From Auanema rhodensis (taxonomy: Eukaryota; Animalia; Nematoda): a stretch of DNA of 64,000 nucleotides. The notes under the pieces were generated by a model, which had not been told where the DNA came from, did no database searches, and worked only from the letters and a program-made list of their open reading frames with translations. The translations under genes were made by a program, and so were the position numbers. The DNA is taken from assembly GCA_964057225.1 (NCBI GenBank), contig OZ059897.1:620001-684000 (forward strand), in the 5' to 3' direction. Shown piece by piece: positions 25,701 through 41,400 of the stretch; within the stretch, counting starts at the first letter, position 1, and each line of letters begins with the position of its first letter.

Positions 25701-28700
25701 ATGATGCATTAGTGTATGTTGAGTTTCCATGTACACTCAAAATTGCTTCCAAAAACATTTTGACAAAAATTTTTTCGAAAAATTTCAAAATAATTTAGCG
25801 AAAAGTAGATGTTTTTAGCTTCCTTTTTTCGAGGCAAAAACGATGGACAATGTTATTCAACGAAAAAATTAATTCTTCAGGGTGAAAATCGAGGATATAA
25901 GTGTCAACTTATATCAGTTGATATCTCGGTGCATTTTCAAGCTAGCGCAAATCTGATAGTACAGATCGACGCAGCTTAAAAATCCGCATCGAATGCACTA
26001 TACTACATTGAGAAACGCTTAATACAAAAATAAGTTATGATCGTTTGTAAAATGATGCATTAGTGTATGTTGAGTTTCCATGTACACTCAAAATTGCTTC
26101 CAAAAACATTTTGACAAAAATTTTTTCGAAAAATTTCAAAATAATTTAGCAAAAAGTAGATGTTTTTAGATTCTTTTTTTCAAGGCAAAAACGATGGACA
26201 ATGTAATTCAACGAAAAAATTAATTCTTCAGGGTGAAAATCGAGGATATAAGTGTGAACTTATATCAGTTGATATCTCGGTGCATTTTCAAGCTAGCGCA
26301 AATCTGATAGTACAGATCGACGCAGCTTAAAAATCCGCATCGAATGCACTATACTACATTGAGAAACGCTTAATACCAAAATTAGTTATGATCGTTTGAA
26401 AAATGATGCATTAGTGTATGTTGAGTTTCCATGTACACTCAAAATTGCTTCCAAAAACATTTTGACAAAAATTTTTTCGAAAAATTTCAAAATAATTTAG
26501 CGAAAAGTAGATGTTTTTAGATTCCTTTTTTCGAGGCAAAAACGATGGACAATGTTATTCAACGAAAAAATTAATTCTTCAGGGTGAAAATCGAGGATAT
26601 AAGTGTCAACTTATATCAGTTGATATCTCGGTGCATTTTCAAGCTAGCGCAAATCTGATAGTACAGATCGACGCAGCTTAAAAATCCGCATCGAATGCAC
26701 TATACTACATTGAGAAACGCTTAATACCAAAATTAGTTATGATCGTTTGAAAAATGATGCATTAGTGTATGTTGAGTTTCCATGTACACTCAAAATTGCT
26801 TCCAAAAACATTTTGACAAAAATTTTTTCGAAAAATTTCAAAATAATTTAGCGAAAAGTAGATGTTTTTAGCTTCCTTTTTTCGAGGCAAAAACGATGGA
26901 CAATGTTATTCAACGAAAAAATTAATTCTTCAGGGTGAAAATCGAGGATATAAGTGTCAACTTATATCAGTTGATATCTCGGTGCATTTTCAAGCTAGCG
27001 CAAATCTGATAGTACAGATCGACGCAGCTTAAAAATCCGCATCGAATGCACTATACTACATTGAGAAACGCTTAATACAAAAATAAGTTATGATCGTTTG
27101 TAAAATGATGCATTAGTGTATGTTGAGTTTCCATGTACACTCAAAATTGCTTCCAAAAACATTTTGACAAAAATTTTTTCGAAAAATTTCAAAATAATTT
27201 AGCAAAAAGTAGATGTTTTTAGATTCTTTTTTTCAAGGCAAAAACGATGGACAATGTAATTCAACGAAAAAATTAATTCTTCAGGGTGAAAATCGAGGAT
27301 ATAAGTGTGAACTTATATCAGTTGATATCTCGGTGCATTTTTAAGCTAGCGGAAATCTGATAACACAGATCGACGCAGCTTAAAAGTCCGCATCGAATGC
27401 ACTATACTACATTGAGAAACGCTTAATACCAAAATTAGTTATGATCGTTTGAAAAATGATGCATTAGTGTATGTTGAGTTTCCATGTACACTCAAAATTG
27501 CTTCCAAAAACATTTTGACAAAAATTTTTTCGAAAAATTTCAAAATAATTTAGCGAAAAGTAGATGTTTTTAGCTTCCTTTTTTCGAGGCAAAAACGATG
27601 GACAATGTTATTCAACGAAAAAATTAATTCTTCAGGGTGAAAATCGAGGATATAAGTGTCAACTTATATCAGTTGATATCTCGGTGCATTTTCAAGCTAG
27701 CGCAAATCTGATAGTACAGATCGACGCAGCTTAAAAATCCGCATCGAATGCACTATACTACATTGAGAAACGCTTAATACCAAAATTAGTTATGATCGTT
27801 TGAAAAATGATGCATTAGTGTATGTTGAGTTTCCATGTACACTCAAAATTGCTTCCAAAAACATTTTGACAAAAATTTTTTCGAAAAATTTCAAAATAAT
27901 TTAGCGAAAAGTAGATGTTTTTAGCTTCCTTTTTTCGAGGCAAAAACGATGGACAATGTTATTCAACGAAAAAATTAATTCTTCAGGGTGAAAATCGAGG
28001 ATATAAGTGTCAACTTATATCAGTTGATATCTCGGTGCATTTTCAAGCTAGCGCAAATCTGATAGTACAGATCGACGCAGCTTAAAAATCCGCATCGAAT
28101 GCACTATACTACATTGAGAAACGCTTAATACAAAAATAAGTTATGATCGTTTGTAAAATGATGCATTAGTGTATGTTGAGTTTCCATGTACACTCAAAAT
28201 TGCTTCCAAAAACATTTTGACAAAAATTTTTTCGAAAAATTTCAAAATAATTTAGCAAAAAGTAGATGTTTTTAGATTCTTTTTTTCAAGGCAAAAACGA
28301 TGGACAATGTAATTCAACGAAAAAATTAATTCTTCAGGGTGAAAATCGAGGATATAAGTGTGAACTTATATCAGTTGATATCTCGGTGCATTTTTAAGCT
28401 AGCGGAAATCTGATAACACAGATCGACGCAGCTTAAAAGTCCGCATCGAATGCACTATACTACATTGAGAAACGCTTAATACCAAAATTAGTTATGATCG
28501 TTTGAAAAATGATGCATTAGTGTATGTTGAGTTTCCATGTACACTCAAAATTGCTTCCAAAAACATTTTGACAAAAATTTTTTCGAAAAATTTCAAAATA
28601 ATTTAGCGAAAAGTAGATGTTTTTAGCTTCCTTTTTTCGAGGCAAAAACGATGGACAATGTTATTCAACGAAAAAATTAATTCTTCAGGGTGAAAATCGA

Positions 28701-31700
28701 GGATATAAGTGTCAACTTATATCAGTTGATATCTCGGTGCATTTTCAAGCTAGCGCAAATCTGATAGTACAGATCGACGCAGCTTAAAAATCCGCATCGA
28801 ATGCACTATACTACATTGAGAAACGCTTAATACAAAAATAAGTTATGATCGTTTGTAAAATGATGCATTAGTGTATGTTGAGTTTCCATGTACACTCAAA
28901 ATTGCTTCCAAAAACATTTTGACAAAAATTTTTTCGAAAAATTTCAAAATAATTTAGCAAAAAGTAGATGTTTTTAGATTCTTTTTTTCAAGGCAAAAAC
29001 GATGGACAATGTAATTCAACGAAAAAATTAATTCTTCAGGGTGAAAATCGAGGATATAAGTGTGAACTTATATCAGTTGATATCTCGGTGCATTTTTAAG
29101 CTAGCGGAAATCTGATAACACAGATCGACGCAGCTTAAAAGTCCGCATCGAATGCACTATACTACATTGAGAAACGCTTAATACAAAAATTAGTTATGAT
29201 CGTTTGAAAAATGATGCATTAGTGTATGTTGAGTTTCCATGTACACTCAAAATTGCTTCCAAAAACATTTTGACAAAAATTTTTTCGAAAAATTTCAAAA
29301 TAATTTAGCGAAAAGTAGATGTTTTTAGATTCCTTTTTTCGAGGCAAAAACGATGGACAATGTTATTCAACGAAAAAATTAATTCTTCAGGGTGAAAATC
29401 GAGGATATAAGTGTCAACTTATATCAGTTGATATCTCGGTGCATTTTCAAGCTAGCGCAAATCTGATAGTACAGATCGACGCAGCTTAAAAATCCGCATC
29501 GAATGCACTATACTACATTGAGAAACGCTTAATACCAAAATTAGTTATGATCGTTTGAAAAATGATGCATTAGTGTATGTTGAGTTTCCATGTACACTCA
29601 AAATTGCTTCCAAAAACATTTTGACAAAAATTTTTTCGAAAAATTTCAAAATAATTTAGCGAAAAGTAGATGTTTTTAGCTTCCTTTTTTCGAGGCAAAA
29701 ACGATGGACAATGTTATTCAACGAAAAAATTAATTCTTCAGGGTGAAAATCGAGGATATAAGTGTCAACTTATATCAGTTGATATCTCGGTGCATTTTCA
29801 AGCTAGCGCAAATCTGATAGTACAGATCGACGCAGCTTAAAAATCCGCATCGAATGCACTATACTACATTGAGAAACGCTAAATACAAAAATAAGTTATG
29901 ATCGTTTGAAAAATGATGCATTAGTGTATGTTGAGTTTCCATGTACACTCAAAATTGCTTCCAAAAACATTTTGACAAAAATTTTTTCGAAAAATTTCAA
30001 AATAATTTAGCGAAAAGTAGATGTTTTTAGCTTCCTTTTTTCGAGGCAAAAACGATGGACAATGTTATTCAACGAAAAAATTAATTCTTCAGGGTGAAAA
30101 TCGAGGATATAAGTGTCAACTTATATCAGTTGATATCTCGGTGCATTTTCAAGCTAGCGCAAATCTGATAGTACAGATCGACGCAGCTTAAAAATCCGCA
30201 TCGAATGCACTATACTACATTGAGAAACGCTTAATACAAAAATAAGTTATGATCGTTTGTAAAATGATGCATTAGTGTATGTTGAGTTTCCATGTACACT
30301 CAAAATTGCTTCCAAAAACATTTTGACAAAAATTTTTTCGAAAAATTTCAAAATAATTTAGCAAAAAGTAGATGTTTTTAGATTCTTTTTTTCAAGGCAA
30401 AAACGATGGACAATGTAATTCAACGAAAAAATTAATTCTTCAGGGTGAAAATCGAGGATATAAGTGTCAACTTATATCAGTTGATATCTCGGTGCATTTT
30501 CAAGCTAGCGCAAATCTGATAGTACAGATCGACGCAGCTTAAAAATCCGCATCGAATGCACTATACTACATTGAGAAACGCTTAATACCAAAATTAGTTA
30601 TGATCGTTTGAAAAATGATGCATTAGTGTATGTTGAGTTTCCATGTACACTCGAAATTGCTTCCAAAAACATTTTGACAAAAATTTTTTCGAAAAATTTC
30701 AAAATAATTTAGCGAAAAGTAGATGTTTTTAGCTTCCTTTTTTCGAGGCAAAAACGATGGACAATGTTATTCAACGAAAAAATTAATTCTTCAGGGTGAA
30801 AATCGAGGATATAAGTGTCAACTTATATCAGTTGATATCTCGGTGCATTTTCAAGCTAGCGCAAATCTGATAGTACAGATCGACGCAGCTTAAAAATCCG
30901 CATCGAATGCACTATACTACATTGAGAAACGCTTAATACAAAAATAAGTTATGATCGTTTGTAAAATGATGCATTAGTGTATGTTGAGTTTCCATGTACA
31001 CTCAAAATTGCTTCCAAAAACATTTTGACAAAAATTTTTTCGAAAAATTTCAAAATAATTTAGCAAAAAGTAGATGTTTTTAGATTCTTTTTTTCAAGGC
31101 AAAAACGATGGACAATGTAATTCAACGAAAAAATTAATTCTTCAGGGTGAAAATCGAGGATATAAGTGTGAACTTATATCAGTTGATATCTCGGTGCATT
31201 TTCAAGCTAGCGCAAATCTGATAGTACAGATCGACGCAGCTTAAAAATCCGCATCGAATGCACTATACTACATTGAGAAACGCTTAATACCAAAATTAGT
31301 TATGATCGTTTGAAAAATGATGCATTAGTGTATGTTGAGTTTCCATGTACACTCAAAATTGCTTCCAAAAACATTTTGACAAAAATTTTTTCGAAAAATT
31401 TCAAAATAATTTAGCGAAAAGTAGATGTTTTTAGATTCCTTTTTTCGAGGCAAAAACGATGGACAATGTTATTCAACGAAAAAATTAATTCTTCAGGGTG
31501 AAAATCGAGGATATAAGTGTCAACTTATATCAGTTGATATCTCGGTGCATTTTCAAGCTAGCGCAAATCTGATAGTACAGATCGACGCAGCTTAAAAATC
31601 CGCATCGAATGCACTATACTACATTGAGAAACGCTTAATACCAAAATTAGTTATGATCGTTTGAAAAATGATGCATTAGTGTATGTTGAGTTTCCATGTA

Positions 31701-34700
31701 CACTCAAAATTGCTTCCAAAAACATTTTGACAAAAATTTTTTCGAAAAATTTCAAAATAATTTAGCGAAAAGTAGATGTTTTTAGCTTCCTTTTTTCGAG
31801 GCAAAAACGATGGACAATGTTATTCAACGAAAAAATTAATTCTTCAGGGTGAAAATCGAGGATATAAGTGTCAACTTATATCAGTTGATATCTCGGTGCA
31901 TTTTCAAGCTAGCGCAAATCTGATAGTACAGATCGACGCAGCTTAAAAATCCGCATCGAATGCACTATACTACATTGAGAAACGCTTAATACAAAAATAA
32001 GTTATGATCGTTTGTAAAATGATGCATTAGTGTATGTTGAGTTTCCATGTACACTCAAAATTGCTTCCAAAAACATTTTGACAAAAATTTTTTCGAAAAA
32101 TTTCAAAATAATTTAGCAAAAAGTAGATGTTTTTAGATTCTTTTTTTCAAGGCAAAAACGATGGACAATGTAATTCAACGAAAAAATTAATTCTTCAGGG
32201 TGAAAATCGAGGATATAAGTGTGAACTTATATCAGTTGATATCTCGGTGCATTTTTAAGCTAGCGGAAATCTGATAACACAGATCGACGCAGCTTAAAAG
32301 TCCGCATCGAATGCACTATACTACATTGAGAAACGCTAAATACCAAAATTAGTTATGATCGTTTGAAAAATGATGCATTAGTGTATGTTGAGTTTCCATG
32401 TACACTCAAAATTGCTTCCAAAAACATTTTGACAAAAATTTTTTCGAAAAATTTCAAAATAATTTAGCGAAAAGTAGATGTTTTTAGATTCCTTTTTTCG
32501 AGGCAAAAACGATGGACAATGTTATTCAACGAAAAAATTAATTCTTCAGGGTGAAAATCGAGGATATAAGTGTCAACTTATATCAGTTGATATCTCGGTG
32601 CATTTTCAAGCTAGCGCAAATCTGATAGTACAGATCGACGCAGCTTAAAAATCCGCATCGAATGCACTATACTACATTGAGAAACGCTTAATACCAAAAT
32701 TAGTTATGATCGTTTGAAAAATGATGCATTAGTGTATGTTGAGTTTCCATGTACACTCAAAATTGCTTCCAAAAACATTTTGACAAAAATTTTTTCGAAA
32801 AATTTCAAAATAATTTAGCGAAAAGTAGATGTTTTTAGCTTCCTTTTTTCGAGGCAAAAACGATGGACAATGTTATTCAACGAAAAAATTAATTCTTCAG
32901 GGTGAAAATCGAGGATATAAGTGTCAACTTATATCAGTTGATATCTCGGTGCATTTTCAAGCTAGCGCAAATCTGATAGTACAGATCGACGCAGCTTAAA
33001 AATCCGCATCGAATGCACTATACTACATTGAGAAACGCTTAATACAAAAATAAGTTATGATCGTTTGTAAAATGATGCATTAGTGTATGTTGAGTTTCCA
33101 TGTACACTCAAAATTGCTTCCAAAAACATTTTGACAAAAATTTTTTCGAAAAATTTCAAAATAATTTAGCAAAAAGTAGATGTTTTTAGATTCTTTTTTT
33201 CAAGGCAAAAACGATGGACAATGTAATTCAACGAAAAAATTAATTCTTCAGGGTGAAAATCGAGGATATAAGTGTGAACTTATATCAGTTGATATCTCGG
33301 TGCATTTTTAAGCTAGCGGAAATCTGATAACACAGATCGACGCAGCTTAAAAGTCCGCATCGAATGCACTATACTACATTGAGAAACGCTTAATACCAAA
33401 ATTAGTTATGATCGTTTGAAAAATGATGCATTAGTGTATGTTGAGTTTCCATGTACACTCAAAATTGCTTCCAAAAACATTTTGACAAAAATTTTTTCGA
33501 AAAATTTCAAAATAATTTAGCGAAAAGTAGATGTTTTTAGCTTCCTTTTTTCGAGGCAAAAACGATGGACAATGTTATTCAACGAAAAAATTAATTCTTC
33601 AGAGTGAAAATCGAGGATATAAGTGTCAACTTATATCAGTTGATATCTCGGTGCATTTTCAAGCTAGCGCAAATCTGATAGTACAGATCGACGCAGCTTA
33701 AAAATCCGCATCGAATGCACTATACTACATTGAGAAACGCTTAATACAAAAATAAGTTATGATCGTTTGTAAAATGATGCATTAGTGTATGTTGAGTTTC
33801 CATGTACACTCAAAATTGCTTCCAAAAACATTTTGACAAAAATTTTTTCGAAAAATTTCAAAATAATTTAGCAAAAAGTAGATGTTTTTAGATTCTTTTT
33901 TTCAAGGCAAAAACGATGGACAATGTAATTCAACGAAAAAATTAATTCTTCAGGGTGAAAATCGAGGATATAAGTGTGAACTTATATCAGTTGATATCTC
34001 GGTGCATTTTTCAGCTAGCGCAAATCTGATAACACAGATCGACGCAGCTTAAAAATCCGCATCGAATGCACTATACTACATTGAGAAACGCTTAATACCA
34101 AAATTAGTTATGATCGTTTGAAAAATGATGCATTAGTGTATGTTGAGTTTCCATGTACACTCAAAATTGCTTCCAAAAACATTTTGACAAAAATTTTTTC
34201 GAAAAATTTCAAAATAATTTAGCGAAAAGTAGATGTTTTTAGCTTCCTTTTTTCGAGGCAAAAACGATGGACAATGTTATTCAACGAAAAAATTAATTCT
34301 TCAGGGTGAAAATCGAGGATATAAGTGTCAACTTATATCAGTTGATATCTCGGTGCATTTTCAAGCTAGCGCAAATCTGATAGTACAGATCGACGCAGCT
34401 TAAAAATCCGCATCGAATGCACTATACTACATTGAGAAACGCTTAATACAAAAATAAGTTATGATCGTTTGTAAAATGATGCATTAGTGTATGTTGAGTT
34501 TCCATGTACACTCAAAATTGCTTCCAAAAACATTTTGACAAAAATTTTTTCGAAAAATTTCAAAATAATTTAGCAAAAAGTAGATGTTTTTAGATTCTTT
34601 TTTTCAAGGCAAAAACGATGGACAATGTAATTCAACGAAAAAATTAATTCTTCAGGGTGAAAATCGAGGATATAAGTGTGAACTTATATCAGTTGATATC

Positions 34701-35415
34701 TCGGTGCATTTTTAAGCTAGCGGAAATCTGATAACACAGATCGACGCAGCTTAAAAGTCCGCATCGAATGCACTATACTACATTGAGAAACGCTTAATAC
34801 CAAAATTAGTTATGATCGTTTGAAAAATGATGCATTAGTGTATGTTGAGTTTCCATGTACACTCAAAATTGCTTCCAAAAACATTTTGACAAAAATTTTT
34901 TCGAAAAATTTCAAAATAATTTAGCGAAAAGTAGATGTTTTTAGCTTCCTTTTTTCGAGGCAAAAACGATGGACAATGTAATTCAACGAAAAAATTAATT
35001 CTTCAGGGTGAAAATCGAGGATATAAGTGTGAACTTATATCAGTTGATATCTCGGTGCATTTTTAAGCTAGCGGAAATCTGATAACACAGATCGACGCAG
35101 CTTAAAAGTCCGCATCGAATGCACTATACTACATTGAGAAACGCTTAATACCAAAATTAGTTATGATCGTTTGAAAAATGATGCATTAGTGTATGTTGAG
35201 TTTCCATGTACACTCAAAATTGCTTCCAAAAACATTTTGACAAAAATTTTTTCGAAAAATTTCAAAATAATTTAGCGAAAAGTAGATGTTTTTAGCTTCC
35301 TTTTTTCGAGGCAAAAACGATGGACAATGTAATTCAACGAAAAAATTAATTCTTCAGGGTGAAAATCGAGGATATAAGTGTCAACTTATATCAGTTGATA
35401 TCTCGGTGCATTTTC

Positions 35416-38400
35416 AAGCTAGCGGAAATCTGATAACACAGATCGACGCAGCTTAAAAGTCCGCATCGAATGCACTATACTACATTGAGAAACGCTTAAT
35501 ACAAAAATTAGTTATGATCGTTTGAAAAATGATGCATTAGTGTATGTTGAGTTTCCATGTACACTCAAAATTGCTTCCAAAAACATTTTGACAAAAATTT
35601 TTTCGAAAAATTTCAAAATAATTTAGCGAAAAGTAGATGTTTTTAGATTCCTTTTTTCGAGGCAAAAACGATGGACAATGTTATTCAACGAAAAAATTAA
35701 TTCTTCAGGGTGAAAATCGAGGATATAAGTGTCAACTTATATCAGTTGATATCTCGGTGCATTTTCAAGCTAGCGCAAATCTGATACTACAGATCGACGC
35801 AGCTTAAAAATCCGCATCGAATGCACTATACTACATTGAGAAACGCTTAATACCAAAATTAGTTATGATCGTTTGAAAAATGATGCATTAGTGTATGTTG
35901 AGTTTCCATGTACACTCAAAATTGCTTCCAAAAACATTTTGACAAAAATTTTTTCGAAAAATTTCAAAATAATTTAGCGAAAAGTAGATGTTTTTAGCTT
36001 CCTTTTTTCGAGGCAAAAACGATGGACAATGTTATTCAACGAAAAAATTAATTCTTCAGGGTGAAAATCGAGGATATAAGTGTCAACTTATATCAGTTGA
36101 TATCTCGGTGCATTTTCAAGCTAGCGCAAATCTGATAGTACAGATCGACGCAGCTTAAAAATCCGCATCGAATGCACTATACTACATTGAGAAACGCTTA
36201 ATACAAAAATAAGTTATGATCGTTTGTAAAATGATGCATTAGTGTATGTTGAGTTTCCATGTACACTCAAAATTGCTTCCAAAAACATTTTGACAAAAAT
36301 TTTTTCGAAAAATTTCAAAATAATTTAGCAAAAAGTAGATGTTTTTAGATTCTTTTTTTCAAGGCAAAAACGATGGACAATGTAATTCAACGAAAAAATT
36401 AATTCTTCAGGGTGAAAATCGAGGATATAAGTGTGAACTTATATCAGTTGATATCTCGGTGCATTTTTAAGCTAGCGGAAATCTGATAACACAGATCGAC
36501 GCAGCTTAAAAGTCCGCATCGAATGCACTATACTACATTGAGAAACGCTTAATACCAAAATTAGTTATGATCGTTTGAAAAATGATGCATTAGTGTATGT
36601 TGAGTTTCCATGTACACTCAAAATTGCTTCCAAAAACATTTTGACAAAAATTTTTTCGAAAAATTTCAAAATAATTTAGCGAAAAGTAGATGTTTTTAGC
36701 TTCCTTTTTTCGAGGCAAAAACGATGGACAATGTTATTCAACGAAAAAATTAATTCTTCAGGGTGAAAATCGAGGATATAAGTGTCAACTTATATCAGTT
36801 GATATCTCGGTGCATTTTCAAGCTAGCGCAAATCTGATAGTACAGATCGACGCAGCTTAAAAATTCGCATCGAATGCACTATACTACATTGAGAAACGCT
36901 TAATACAAAAATAAGTTATGATCGTTTGTAAAATGATGCATTAGTGTATGTTGAGTTTCCATGTACACTCAAAATTGCTTCCAAAAACATTTTGACAAAA
37001 ATTTTTTCGAAAAATTTCAAAATAATTTAGCAAAAAGTAGATGTTTTTAGATTCTTTTTTTCAAGGCAAAAACGATGGACAATGTAATTCAACGAAAAAA
37101 TTAATTCTTCAGGGTGAAAATCGAGGATATAAGTGTGAACTTATATCAGTTGATATCTCGGTGCATTTTTAAGCTAGCGGAAATCTGATAACACAGATCG
37201 ACGCAGCTTAAAAGTCCGCATCGAATGCACTATACTACATTGAGAAACGCTTAATACCAAAATTAGTTATGATCGTTTGAAAAATGATGCATTAGTGTAT
37301 GTTGAGTTTCCATGTACACTCAAAATTGCTTCCAAAAACATTTTGACAAAAATTTTTTCGAAAAATTTCAAAATAATTTAGCGAAAAGTAGATGTTTTTA
37401 GCTTCCTTTTTTCGAGGCAAAAACGATGGACAATGTTATTCAACGAAAAAATTAATTCTTCAGGGTGAAAATCGAGGATATAAGTGTCAACTTATATCAG
37501 TTGATATCTCGGTGCATTTTCAAGCTAGCGCAAATCTGATAGTACAGATCGACGCAGCTTAAAAATCCGCATCGAATGCACTATACTACATTGAGAAACG
37601 CTTAATACAAAAATAAGTTATGATCGTTTGTAAAATGATGCATTAGTGTATGTTGAGTTTCCATGTACACTCAAAATTGCTTCCAAAAACATTTTGACAA
37701 AAATTTTTTCGAAAAATTTCAAAATAATTTAGCGAAAAGTAGATGTTTTTAGATTCCTTTTTTCGAGGCAAAAACGATGGACAATGTTATTCAACGAAAA
37801 AATTAATTCTTCAGGGTGAAAATCGAGGATATAAGTGTGAACTTATATCAGTTGATATCTCGGTGCATTTTTCAGCTAGCGCAAATCTGATAACACAGAT
37901 CGACGCAGCTTAAAAATCCGCATCGAATGCACTATACTACATTGAGAAACGCTTAATACAAAAATTAGTTATGATCGTTTGAAAAATGATGCATTAGTGT
38001 ATGTTGAGTTTCCATGTACACTCAAAATTGCTTCCAAAAACATTTTGACAAAAATTTTTTCGAAAAATTTCAAAATAATTTAGCGAAAAGTAGATGTTTT
38101 TAGCTTCCTTTTTTCGAGGCAAAAACGATGGACAATGTAATTCAACGAAAAAATTAATTCTTCAGGGTGAAAATCGAGGATATAAGTGTGAACTTATATC
38201 AGTTGATATCTCGGTGCATTTTTAAGCTAGCGGAAATCTGATAACACAGATCGACGCAGCTTAAAAGTCCGCATCGAATGCACTATACTACATTGAGAAA
38301 CGCTTAATACCAAAATTAGTTATGATCGTTTGAAAAATGATGCATTAGTGTATGTTGAGTTTCCATGTACACTCAAAATTGCTTCCAAAAACATTTTGAC

Positions 38401-41400
38401 AAAAATTTTTTCGAAAAATTTCAAAATAATTTAGCGAAAAGTAGATGTTTTTAGCTTCCTTTTTTCGAGGCAAAAACGATGGACAATGTTATTCAACGAA
38501 AAAATTAATTCTTCAGGGTGAAAATCGAGGATATAAGTGTCAACTTATATCAGTTGATATCTCGGTGCATTTTCAAGCTAGCGCAAATCTGATAGTACAG
38601 ATCGACGCAGCTTAAAAATCCGCATCGAATGCACTATACTACATTGAGAAACGCTTAATACAAAAATAAGTTATGATCGTTTGTAAAATGATGCATTAGT
38701 GTATGTTGAGTTTCCATGTACACTCAAAATTGCTTCCAAAAACATTTTGACAAAAATTTTTTCGAAAAATTTCAAAATAATTTAGCGAAAAGTAGATGTT
38801 TTTAGATTCCTTTTTTCGAAGCAAAAACGATGGACAATGTTATTCAACGAAAAAATTAATTCTTCAGGGTGAAAATCGAGGATATAAGTGTGAACTTATA
38901 TCAGTTGATATCTCGGTGCATTTTTCAGCTAGCGCAAATCTGATAACACAGATCGACGCAGCTTAAAAATCCGCATCGAATGCACTATACTACATTGAGA
39001 AACGCTTAATACAAAAATTAGTTATGATCGTTTGAAAAATGATGCATTAGTGTATGTTGAGTTTCCATGTACACTCAAAATTGCTTCCAAAAACATTTTG
39101 ACAAAAATTTTTTCGAAAAATTTCAAAATAATTTAGCGAAAAGTAGATGTTTTTAGCTTCCTTTTTTCGAGGCAAAAACGATGGACAATGTAATTCATCG
39201 AAAAAATTAATTCTTCAGGGTGAAAATCGAGGATATAAGTGTGAACTTATATCAGTTGATATCTCGGTGCATTTTTAAGCTAGCGGAAATCTGATAACAC
39301 AGATCGACGCAGCTTAAAAGTCCGCATCGAATGCACTATACTACATTGAGAAACGCTTAATACAAAAATTAGTTATGATCGTTTGAAAAATGATGCATTA
39401 GTGTATGTTGAGTTTCCATGTACACTCAAAATTGCTTCCAAAAACATTTTGACAAAAATTTTTTCGAAAAATTTCAAAATAATTTAGCGAAAAGTAGATG
39501 TTTTTAGATTCCTTTTTTCGAGGCAAAAACGATGGACAATGTTATTCAACGAAAAAATTAATTCTTCAGGGTGAAAATCGAGGATATAAGTGTCAACTTA
39601 TATCAGTTGATATCTCGGTGCATTTTCAAGCTAGCGCAAATCTGATACTACAGATCGACGCAGCTTAAAAATCCGCATCGAATGCACTATACTACATTGA
39701 GAAACGCTTAATACCAAAATTAGTTATGATCGTTTGAAAAATGATGCATTAGTGTATGTTGAGTTTCCATGTACACTCAAAATTGCTTCCAAAAACATTT
39801 TGACAAAAATTTTTTCGAAAAATTTCAAAATAATTTAGCGAAAAGTAGATGTTTTTAGCTTCCTTTTTTCGAGGCAAAAACGATGGACAATGTTATTCAA
39901 CGAAAAAATTAATTCTTCAGGGTGAAAATCGAGGATATAAGTGTCAACTTATATCAGTTGATATCTCGGTGCATTTTCAAGCTAGCGCAAATCTGATAGT
40001 ACAGATCGACGCAGCTTAAAAATCCGCATCGAATGCACTATACTACATTGAGAAACGCTTAATACAAAAATAAGTTATGATCGTTTGTAAAATGATGCAT
40101 TAGTGTATGTTGAGTTTCCATGTACACTCAAAATTGCTTCCAAAAACATTTTGACAAAAATTTTTTCGAAAAATTTCAAAATAATTTAGCAAAAAGTAGA
40201 TGTTTTTAGATTCTTTTTTTCAAGGCAAAAACGATGGACAATGTAATTCAACGAAAAAATTAATTCTTCAGGGTGAAAATCGAGGATATAAGTGTGAACT
40301 TATATCAGTTGATATCTCGGTGCATTTTTAAGCTAGCGGAAATCTGATAACACAGATCGACGCAGCTTAAAAGTCCGCATCGAATGCACTATACTACATT
40401 GAGAAACGCTTAATACCAAAATTAGTTATGATCGTTTGAAAAATGATGCATTAGTGTATGTTGAGTTTCCATGTACACTCAAAATTGCTTCCAAAAACAT
40501 TTTGACAAAAATTTTTTCGAAAAATTTCAAAATAATTTAGCGAAAAGTAGATGTTTTTAGCTTCCTTTTTTCGAGGCAAAAACGATGGACAATGTTATTC
40601 AACGAAAAAATTAATTCTTCAGGGTGAAAATCGAGGATATAAGTGTCAACTTATATCAGTTGATATCTCGGTGCATTTTCAAGCTAGCGCAAATCTGATA
40701 GTACAGATCGACGCAGCTTAAAAATTCGCATCGAATGCACTATACTACATTGAGAAACGCTTAATACAAAAATAAGTTATGATCGTTTGTAAAATGATGC
40801 ATTAGTGTATGTTGAGTTTCCATGTACACTCAAAATTGCTTCCAAAAACATTTTGACAAAAATTTTTTCGAAAAATTTCAAAATAATTTAGCAAAAAGTA
40901 GATGTTTTTAGATTCTTTTTTTCAAGGCAAAAACGATGGACAATGTAATTCAACGAAAAAATTAATTCTTCAGGGTGAAAATCGAGGATATAAGTGTGAA
41001 CTTATATCAGTTGATATCTCGGTGCATTTTTAAGCTAGCGGAAATCTGATAACACAGATCGACGCAGCTTAAAAGTCCGCATCGAATGCACTATACTACA
41101 TTGAGAAACGCTTAATACCAAAATTAGTTATGATCGTTTGAAAAATGATGCATTAGTGTATGTTGAGTTTCCATGTACACTCAAAATTGCTTCCAAAAAC
41201 ATTTTGACAAAAATTTTTTCGAAAAATTTCAAAATAATTTAGCGAAAAGTAGATGTTTTTAGCTTCCTTTTTTCGAGGCAAAAACGATGGACAATGTTAT
41301 TCAACGAAAAAATTAATTCTTCAGGGTGAAAATCGAGGATATAAGTGTCAACTTATATCAGTTGATATCTCGGTGCATTTTCAAGCTAGCGCAAATCTGA

